A stretch of DNA of 64,000 nt from Elusimicrobiota bacterium. Its GTDB lineage: Bacteria > Elusimicrobiota > Elusimicrobia > Elusimicrobiales > UBA9959. The stretch lies in assembly GCA_003450815.1 (NCBI GenBank), contig DMES01000077.1, forward strand, positions 17,681 through 81,680, in the 5' to 3' direction. How positions within the stretch are numbered: position 1 is the first letter of the stretch; every line of letters begins with the position of its first letter. Below are positions 25,855 through 33,156 of the stretch, in pieces. Below the pieces are notes generated by a model. It worked only from the letters and a program-made list of their open reading frames with translations. It did not search any database and was not told where the DNA came from. The position numbers were made by a program, and so were the translations under genes.

Positions 25855-26218
25855 AACGGACCCTTTGCGTGTTGCGGCGTGGGCTGTATTGGCGGCCGCC
25901 ATGCTGAGCGGCTTCCTTCGCCTGGCCGGATACAGCCTGCTGTCGGCGCTGCCGAATGCGATATTGTGCCCGTTCAAAGCGCTGACGGGGCTGCCGTGCC
26001 CCGGCTGCGGCATAACGCACGCCTTCCTGTTGCTGGGCAGGCTGGACCTGACAGGCGCATACGCGGCAAATCCCCTTGTGTTTCCGCTGGCCGCGCTGAC
26101 AGCGCTGTATGCCGCCGGTCGTATTCCGCGGGCGGTCCGTTCCGGGGCGGTGATAAATTCGGCCCTGCTGGGCGTGCTGGCCTTCTGGGGCGGCCGCCTG
26201 CTGCATAACATACACTGA
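25814..26218 (+). CDS. DUF2752-like membrane protein
   Basis: CPFKALTGLPCPGCGITHAF motif. The start is uncertain (ORF-track TTG 25793, ATG 25814 or ATG 25901). Confidence 0.6.
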   Translation: MSSINSIPNSLRLKTDPLRVAAWAVLAAAMLSGFLRLAGYSLLSALPNAILCPFKALTGLPCPGCGITHAFLLLGRLDLTGAYAANPLVFPLAALTALYAAGRIPRAVRSGAVINSALLGVLAFWGGRLLHNIH

Positions 26219-26381
26219 CATGCCCGTGGCTCTGGCCTGTCGTTGGCTTATGCCGCTGTCCACAACTATGACGCATGGTGGCATATGGTTATTAAGCGGC
26301 CAGGCAGAATTTTAATTCCGACAACCCATGGGATGAAAAGGACGCCGCAGTTTTGAATGTATTATCATCAAGGAATTGAAC

Positions 26382-27068
26382 ATGAATATAATCGAAATCA
26401 AAGAACTTAAAAAGGATTATCCGCTGGGCAATACCATAGTGCCCGCGCTGCGCGGGGTGGATCTGGCCGTCGCGGAGGGTGATTTTATAAGCATAATAGG
26501 CCCATCCGGCAGCGGCAAGACCACGCTGCTGAATGTCATCGGCTGCATAGATTTCGCCACTTCCGGCAGCGTTAAAGTGGGCGGCCGGGAGATAACCGCG
26601 CTTGATGACCGCCAGATAACCGCCATCCGCCTTAACAAGATAGGCTTTATCTTCCAAACTTTCAACCTTATTCCCGTGCTGAATGTTATAGAGAACATAG
26701 AATTTCCGCTGCTTCTTATGAAAAAATCCGCGGCCGAGGCTCGCAAGCGCGCCGAAAAACTGGTGGAGGAAGTGGGGCTTAAAGAATTCACCGCCCACCG
26801 CCCGGCCGAACTTTCCGGCGGGCAGCGCCAGCGCGTAGCCATAGCGCGCGCCCTTGTCACCAACCCGGATATAGTTCTTGCGGACGAACCCACCGCCAAC
26901 CTGGACTCCGTAACCGGAGCTTCCATACTTGAGCTTATGCGGCGGATGAACGAGCTGGAAAAAACCACCTTCATATTCTCCACGCATGACGCGAACGTAC
27001 TTAAATACGCCCGGCGCATTGTAAAGATAAAAGACGGCGGTATTGAGCGGGAGCCTGTAGCCGCATGA
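26382..27068 (+). CDS. ABC transporter ATP-binding protein (MacB/LolD-type)
   Basis: Walker A GPSGSGKTT, signature LSGGQRQR and Walker B VLADEPT. Confidence 0.9.
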   Translation: MNIIEIKELKKDYPLGNTIVPALRGVDLAVAEGDFISIIGPSGSGKTTLLNVIGCIDFATSGSVKVGGREITALDDRQITAIRLNKIGFIFQTFNLIPVLNVIENIEFPLLLMKKSAAEARKRAEKLVEEVGLKEFTAHRPAELSGGQRQRVAIARALVTNPDIVLADEPTANLDSVTGASILELMRRMNELEKTTFIFSTHDANVLKYARRIVKIKDGGIEREPVAA

Positions 27069-28579
27069 AGCTTATTCTAACCATCGCCTGGCGCAATATT
27101 CTGCGCCATAAGGGAAAAAGCCTTGTGATAGGGGTAATACTCTTCACCGGAGCGTTCCTTATGACGGTGGGAAACGGCGTTATTTCCGGCATGGCCGCAG
27201 GTATAGAAAAGAACATAATAAACGGCTTCATGGGCGATATTGTCCTTATTAGCGACGCACAGAAGAGCGACAACATCCTGCTGAACATGATGGGCTCAAG
27301 TATTGAGCCTATTACCACTTACAAAAAGATAAAAGAGATACTGGACGCGCAGCCTTACGTGCGGCGTTTCCTGCCAGTGGGCAAAAATCTCGCAATGCTC
27401 CTTGATGAAAACTCCGCCACCCCGGGCTATGCCTACCTGCTGGGAGTTGATTTTGAGCAGTACAGGAAAATGTTCCCCGATAATTTCAAGGTGATAGAGG
27501 GCGGCTATCCGGCGCCGGGCCGGAGGGCGCTGCTTGTGCCCACTTTTGCGCGTGACGAATTTTATAACTTTTATAACATATGGTTCCTGCCGGAGGGGGG
27601 GACCGTGATAAAGGCGAACCTAAAAAAAGAGGCGCTGGCGGATATTAAGAGCCTTGTGGTAAGCACAAGCGTGATTATGATGGGTATGACCAGCGGCATA
27701 AACACCTCAACCGACATCCGTTTTCCGGTGCGCGGCATCATAAAATACGGGGCGCTGAACCAGATATTCGGCCATTTCTGCCTGGTGGACATAGAATCCT
27801 ACCGGGAATGCCTGGGGTATTTTACCGCCGCCGACATGGCCGCGCAGGTACCCAAAGAGGAAAAGAAGCTGCTGGAGCTTGATGGCTCCAGTCTGGACGC
27901 GATGTTCGGCGGCACGGACATGATGGTGTCCGATTCCAGTAAAGCGCCAAGAACTATCCGGACCGATAAAACCGCGGCGAAAACCGCGGAGGACGGTGTT
28001 TATAACGCGGTTTTCATAAAGCTTAACTACGGCGTGGCCTATAAAGACGCGCTGGCGCGCCTTAACCGCGCCCTTTCCGACGGCAAAACCAAAACGCGGG
28101 CAGTCCCCTGGAACAAGGCATCAGGTCCGATGGGCGGCATGGCATTGATAATAAAGAGCGCGCTATTCCTGTTCGTTATGCTGCTTTTCTGCGTGGCGGT
28201 GATAATTATAGTGAACACGCTTACGATGTCGGCGCTTGAGCGGGCCTCGGAACTGGGGATGATGCGGGCCATAGGCGCGCACAAGACATTCATAGCCGGC
28301 ATGTTTCTGGGCGAGACCGCCATACTTTCCGCTGTTTTCGGCGGCGGCGGGATAATTGCGGGTATTGCGGCGGTGCGCTTTATCCCGCTTTTGCGGATAA
28401 CCACCGCCAACGACATGCTGCAACTGCTTTACGGAGGGAGTTTTTTCAACCCGCTGCTGAGTTTATCTGACATCGGATTGACCGCTTTACAATTAGCGGT
28501 GGTTACCATAATAGCCGCGCTTTATCCGATGCGGGTGGCAGTGCAGATAACCCCGCTGGACGCTATATCAAGGGACTAA
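27065..28579 (+). CDS. FtsX/MacB-type ABC permease
   Basis: N-terminal TM, a large extracytoplasmic domain, and a C-terminal FtsX module with ERASELGMMRAIGA. ATGA overlap with the ATPase gene. Confidence 0.8.
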   Translation: MKLILTIAWRNILRHKGKSLVIGVILFTGAFLMTVGNGVISGMAAGIEKNIINGFMGDIVLISDAQKSDNILLNMMGSSIEPITTYKKIKEILDAQPYVRRFLPVGKNLAMLLDENSATPGYAYLLGVDFEQYRKMFPDNFKVIEGGYPAPGRRALLVPTFARDEFYNFYNIWFLPEGGTVIKANLKKEALADIKSLVVSTSVIMMGMTSGINTSTDIRFPVRGIIKYGALNQIFGHFCLVDIESYRECLGYFTAADMAAQVPKEEKKLLELDGSSLDAMFGGTDMMVSDSSKAPRTIRTDKTAAKTAEDGVYNAVFIKLNYGVAYKDALARLNRALSDGKTKTRAVPWNKASGPMGGMALIIKSALFLFVMLLFCVAVIIIVNTLTMSALERASELGMMRAIGAHKTFIAGMFLGETAILSAVFGGGGIIAGIAAVRFIPLLRITTANDMLQLLYGGSFFNPLLSLSDIGLTALQLAVVTIIAALYPMRVAVQITPLDAISRD

Positions 28580-28600
28580 ACGTCCGCCTGAGGCGGACGG

Positions 28601-28668
28601 GAGTTATGAGTTTTAAGTTATGAGTTCTAAATTTTCCCTGACTCATAACTTATAATTCATAACTCAAA
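28601..28668. repeat. inverted array of rAGTTnT heptamers
   Basis: GAGTTAT GAGTTTT AAGTTAT GAGTTCT AAATTTT / ACTCATA ACTTATA ATTCATA ACTCAAA. Preceded by the small hairpin CGTCCGCC-tga-GGCGGACG (28581-28599). Confidence 0.85.
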
Positions 28669-28683
28669 ACTGTTAAGGAACAT

Positions 28684-30441
28684 ATGCTTCTAATACGCTT
28701 AAGTCTGCGAAACCTACTGCGCCAGAAGCGCCGCAATATACTGCTTGGCTCCGCCATGGCTATAGGCGTGGCAATACTAGTGACAGCCAATTCGTTTTCG
28801 CACGGCATTTCCGACATAATGTTCAACAAGATAATGCGCTATGTAACCGGACACGTGGCTGTGCGCTTTAACGAGCGCGGCGGAGTGATGCGCGAGATAT
28901 TCCGAGATAAGGAGCGCGTGCTAGCGGCAATAAAGAACGAGCCGGTAATAGAAGAAGCGGATGAATCTATAGGGATGTTCGCGCGCGCTATAGGCAACGG
29001 GCGGTCCGACAATATAGTGCTGGTGGGTATAGATACTAAAAAAGGCATAAGCAAAAAAGCGCTGAAAGAAATGGAAGCATCCTTCCGCCTGGTGGAGGGG
29101 CAATGGAAGGATGTTGAGAACGCCTCCATAGAGAATCCGGTGATAATATCGGAGGAAAAAGCCCGCTATCTTAATGTGAAAAAAAACGATATTGTGCGGG
29201 TGCGCTTCCGCAATATGTTCGGGCAGGACCAGGCCGCCAGGCTTACCGTGGCCGGAATAACCAGGAACGACAATATCTTCATGCAGGCGGTGACTTTTCT
29301 GGAGCTGGCCCGCGCAAAAGAGTTACTGGGCTACCGGCCGTATGAAACCGGCAGCCTGAGCCTTACCATAAAAGACCCGCAGAAGAACGCCTTCGCCCTG
29401 GCCGGCCGCATACATGAAAGACTGAAGCCCGGCGCCGCCGTAATTTACGCCTCGGCGGCGGGCCGCGCCGGGCGCAACCCAGTAATGTTGCTTGGTTACA
29501 AGAGCGATAACGAGGCAAAAAAGAAAATATCGGGAATACTGAAGCTTACCGCCGGAAGTTTTGAAAAGGCCTTCAAAAAAGACGGGGTTATTGTCCCGTC
29601 CGGGCTTGCCCGGACTCTGGGCGTATCAGCCGGGGACGCCATAAATATCCGTTACGACAGGAAGTTCGAAAAAACACCCAAAGAGGCGTCTTACCACATA
29701 AGCGCGGTCTGCTCCGCCACGGGATATCCAGATGAGAATGTGATACTAATGAACGACTCCGGCTTTTACGATCTTTATTACGAAGATCTGCCCGCCGGTC
29801 CCGGGCCGGAAGTGAAGCCTTACTCCGCGGCCCGCGGCGCCTGGGACGGACTTGTGGCGCCGGAATGGATACTGCTTAAGCGCACCTTCAACACCGAAGA
29901 ATACAAAAGAAAGTATCAGGAGATATCCCGCAACAAGTGGAAAGGCACCACCATAGACGTGTCCACTATGTACGAGACTGCAAGCGACATACTTAAACTG
30001 GAATCCGTGCTGAACATCATAACTATTTCGGCCGTGCTGATACTTTTTTTCATAATACTGCTGGGAGTGGTGAATACCCTGCGCATGACCATACGCGAGC
30101 GTACCCGCGAGATCGGCACCATGCGCGCCATTGGCATGCAGCGCGCAGACGTGCGAAACATGTTTATATTGGAAACTTTTTTCCTGACACTGTTCTCGGC
30201 GGTTATAGGGATAATTACAGGGTTTATCGTAATGCGGCTGCTGTCCCTGATAAACTTCCAGCCGCAGGATAATCCGCTCGGCATGCTGCTTGTGAACAGG
30301 CATTTGTATTTTCTGCCAACTTTTCCCGGCATCGCCGGCAGCGTGCTTTTGATAATAGCCATAGCCGTAGTCACTGCCTGGTTCCCGGCGCGCCGTGGCG
30401 CAAACCTGCCTCCCGCGAAGGCTTTACGATATTTCGGCTGA
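28684..30441 (+). CDS. FtsX/MacB-type ABC permease (second)
   Basis: Same architecture as the first permease. FtsX module with ERTREIGTMRAIGM. Confidence 0.8.
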   Translation: MLLIRLSLRNLLRQKRRNILLGSAMAIGVAILVTANSFSHGISDIMFNKIMRYVTGHVAVRFNERGGVMREIFRDKERVLAAIKNEPVIEEADESIGMFARAIGNGRSDNIVLVGIDTKKGISKKALKEMEASFRLVEGQWKDVENASIENPVIISEEKARYLNVKKNDIVRVRFRNMFGQDQAARLTVAGITRNDNIFMQAVTFLELARAKELLGYRPYETGSLSLTIKDPQKNAFALAGRIHERLKPGAAVIYASAAGRAGRNPVMLLGYKSDNEAKKKISGILKLTAGSFEKAFKKDGVIVPSGLARTLGVSAGDAINIRYDRKFEKTPKEASYHISAVCSATGYPDENVILMNDSGFYDLYYEDLPAGPGPEVKPYSAARGAWDGLVAPEWILLKRTFNTEEYKRKYQEISRNKWKGTTIDVSTMYETASDILKLESVLNIITISAVLILFFIILLGVVNTLRMTIRERTREIGTMRAIGMQRADVRNMFILETFFLTLFSAVIGIITGFIVMRLLSLINFQPQDNPLGMLLVNRHLYFLPTFPGIAGSVLLIIAIAVVTAWFPARRGANLPPAKALRYFG

Positions 30442-30478
30442 AAGACAGCCGGGCGGCTTTGAAAAAAGGAAGAATAGC

Positions 30479-31264
30479 ATGAGATTGGATAAAACCATGT
30501 ATAAAATGACATTCGCTGTGTTTGCAATCGGTTTTGCTTTTGTGCCCGGCTTTTGCGCCGAAAGCAGGGTGGCGCCCATACTCAGGGCCATAGACGACAA
30601 TTACAAGATGAAAAAGGATCTCAGGGCCGATGTCACGCTCACGCAGCAGCGCGCGGAGCAGGGGACAAAGATCATAGATATGTCATATTTCCGCCGTGAT
30701 GCCGACGACGCTTTTCTTATAGTGATGAACGCGCCCGAAAACGAGAAGGGCAACGGCTACCTGCGCGTGGGAGACAATTTCTGGATGTACCGCAGGAACA
30801 CCAGGACCTTCCAGCATATCAACCGCGACGAGAGCATAGGCGGCTCCGACGCACATAGCGCGGATTTTGAAACCCGCAAGCTGGATGAGCTTTACGGGCC
30901 GGTAACAGATTCGTCCGGCACGGAAAAATTCTCGCAGGAGCTGCTCGGCAAAGTGCCGGTAAATAAGTTTGAGGTAAAAGCCAAAGTCAACGATGTGGAC
31001 TATCCAAGGCAGATCTTCTGGACGCGCCGTGACAACAACCTGCTGCTCAAACAGGAGTCATATTCGCTTTCCGGCACGCTGATGCAAACCGCTTATTTTC
31101 TTAAATTCGCAGAGGTAGAGGGGCGCTATGTGCCGGTTAAGCAGCTGTTCATAGACGAGTTTGAAAAAGGCAACAAAACCATAGTGGAAATATCCAATAT
31201 CGTTCCCGGCAGGCTGGAAGATAAGATATTTACTAAAGCATACCTTGAGAATCTCAGTAAATAG
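30479..31264 (+). CDS. LolA-like outer-membrane lipoprotein-sorting family protein
   Basis: Signal peptide MRLDKTMYKMTFAVFAIGFAFVPGFCA. YLRVGDNFWMYRRNTRTFQHI resembles this family (recalled). The ORF-track start at 30395 overlaps the permease. Confidence 0.6.
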   Translation: MRLDKTMYKMTFAVFAIGFAFVPGFCAESRVAPILRAIDDNYKMKKDLRADVTLTQQRAEQGTKIIDMSYFRRDADDAFLIVMNAPENEKGNGYLRVGDNFWMYRRNTRTFQHINRDESIGGSDAHSADFETRKLDELYGPVTDSSGTEKFSQELLGKVPVNKFEVKAKVNDVDYPRQIFWTRRDNNLLLKQESYSLSGTLMQTAYFLKFAEVEGRYVPVKQLFIDEFEKGNKTIVEISNIVPGRLEDKIFTKAYLENLSK

Positions 31265-31268
31265 GAAC

Positions 31269-31309
31269 GGTGTCAGGCTACTTTTTGTTTCAAAAAGTAG
31301 CCTGACACC
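31269..31309. other. perfect 18-bp stem / 5-nt loop hairpin
   Basis: GGTGTCAGGCTACTTTTT-gtttc-AAAAAGTAGCCTGACACC. No U-tract on either strand. Confidence 0.85.
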
Positions 31310-31330
31310 GCGCTCAAGCGGGAGTAATTT

Positions 31331-32614
31331 ATGGAAAAGCTTTTTATGTTTGCTGTTTTAGTATTAGCGTCATGCTCCACATCTTTTGCGGAAGATGCTG
31401 TTGATGAGTCGGAAATGTTCTCTACCCCGGAGATCGTGACCCAGGCCACATCCGCCGCCCCAGCCGCCAAAGAAAAGAAAACACTGGGTTTCTCCGGAGA
31501 GGCCATAAGTGTGTTGGCAGATGTGGTTTACAGCAGTTCTACCAGCAACCCGCTCAATTCATATGTGGTGGGCAATATAATGCTGGATGCGCGCCTGAAA
31601 AACGGCGTCAAAGCTTTTGCTAATATGGAAACTGGGTATTATTCCAGAACACGGGAAACAACTTCTGTGCTGCGCGAGGCTTTTCTGGACTTTAATATAA
31701 ACGACCGCGTCTATTTTCGCACTGGTAAACAGGTCCTGCAATGGGGCAGATGCGTTTTGTGGAACCCCACGGACCTTGTAAATGTTGAGAAAAAGCCCTT
31801 CATCCGTAAAATAGGCTACCGCGACGGCGCTTACGGGGTAAAATTCCATGTGCCGTTCGGCACCGACTACAATATTTATGGTTTTCTGGATACCGGCAAT
31901 GCGCTTGAAGACCGGGATTTAGGCGGCGCCCTGAAATTTGAGCTGCTTACCGGCAGGACCGAAATGGCTTTTTCCGGCTGGGCAAAGCGCAACCGATACC
32001 CGGTTTTCGGCTACGACCTTTCAAGCCGCCTGGGGCAAGTGGATATAGCCAGCGAAGTAAGCGTGGCGCGCCGGGATAATACCCGGTTCATCCGGAACAC
32101 CGGCGGAGCGCTTGAGGCATACCGGAAAAAAGACGACTGGGTTTCCAGGGCCGCAATAAACCTCAGCAGGGGTTTCAGACTGGGAAATTTCAACGACAGA
32201 CTTACCGTGGCGACCGAATTCTTTTATAACCAGACCGGCTATACTAAAAGCCCGTTCAGGGACGGGACTGTTTACCCCTTCTCCGGGCCACTGGCGCTGC
32301 TATGCCCGACCGGCACAAAAGGTCAATTTCTGTTGGGGAATGGCCTTTATGACCCCAACTACCTGTCACGGTACTACGGAGCGGTGTTTACAAGCATTAG
32401 CCGGTTCATAATAACGGATATGACACTGAATCTTAACTATGTGCGCAACCTCAACGATAATTCCGGGGTGCTTTCCACGGGTGTTACATACAAAAATCTC
32501 AACGACTTCTCAGCCGGCTGTCTTGTGAACGCCTACCTTGGCCCGGCCGACAGCGAATATACATTCTCAGGCGCAAAGCTGACAGTGCAGTTCACAGCCG
32601 GCGTCTCTTTCTAA
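31331..32614 (+). CDS. putative outer-membrane beta-barrel protein
   Basis: Signal peptide MEKLFMFAVLVLASCSTSFA, a Tyr/Gly/Asn-rich sequence with short alternating stretches, and a C-terminal ...FTAGVSF. Confidence 0.5.
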   Translation: MEKLFMFAVLVLASCSTSFAEDAVDESEMFSTPEIVTQATSAAPAAKEKKTLGFSGEAISVLADVVYSSSTSNPLNSYVVGNIMLDARLKNGVKAFANMETGYYSRTRETTSVLREAFLDFNINDRVYFRTGKQVLQWGRCVLWNPTDLVNVEKKPFIRKIGYRDGAYGVKFHVPFGTDYNIYGFLDTGNALEDRDLGGALKFELLTGRTEMAFSGWAKRNRYPVFGYDLSSRLGQVDIASEVSVARRDNTRFIRNTGGALEAYRKKDDWVSRAAINLSRGFRLGNFNDRLTVATEFFYNQTGYTKSPFRDGTVYPFSGPLALLCPTGTKGQFLLGNGLYDPNYLSRYYGAVFTSISRFIITDMTLNLNYVRNLNDNSGVLSTGVTYKNLNDFSAGCLVNAYLGPADSEYTFSGAKLTVQFTAGVSF

Positions 32615-32740
32615 TCGGCAAAAGGCAGCAGGAGCCTTTTTTGAGATTAAAAAAATGCTTATACCCCATGGGCAATTTGTCGGAGGAGTACCCACGAAAA
32701 GGCAGCAGGAGCCTATTTTTTAAAAAAAGCGAATGGAACA

Positions 32741-33156
32741 TGGAAATAAGGCGCATTAATGATAATGAGAAAGGCCTGAAGAGCTGGATTAAAGAATTGA
32801 CCGGCAAGCCGGCCGATCTCCTTGTACCTACCGCTAAATTTCAGCACGCATATTTTGGGGCGTTTATGGACGGGAAAATGATAGGATTTTCCGTTGTTCT
32901 TACATCCGGCAAGTGGATACTGGATGCTTTATTCGTTCATCCGGATCACAGGGGCAAAGGGATAGCCGGGAAATTGACCGAGGTCAGGATAGATTTCGCT
33001 AAACAAAACGGAGCCAGAGAAATATGGTACTGCTGTAGCGACCGTAATACCGCCAGCCTGCTCTCGCATAAAGGTTATAAATTCGCTAAAGTAAAAAAAG
33101 CCGCGCCCGAAGAGGCGCCTGAACCGTCACATTGGCATAAAATGGATATAACGTGA
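32741..33156 (+). CDS. GNAT-family N-acetyltransferase
   Basis: HPDHRGKGIAGKL acetyl-CoA site. The ORF-track N-terminal extension (32641-32740) runs across terminator-like repeats. Confidence 0.7.

Noticed and set aside
25774-26284. Several long ORFs on both strands (25774..26211-, 25820..26284-, 25879..26208+, 25974..26276-)
   Set aside because: This is a GC-rich segment. Only the frame with the CPxxxxTGxxCPGCG (DUF2752-like) motif and TM helices is credible; the others are Arg/Pro/Ala-rich shadows.
26292-27019. 231-aa and 200-aa minus-strand ORFs
   Set aside because: They are antisense to the ABC ATPase gene, which has unambiguous Walker A/B and signature motifs. These are typical shadow ORFs.
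32641-32740. N-terminal 33 codons of ORF 32641..33156
   Set aside because: They start at a non-ATG codon and read across two terminator-like repeat copies. The GNAT domain begins after ATG 32741.
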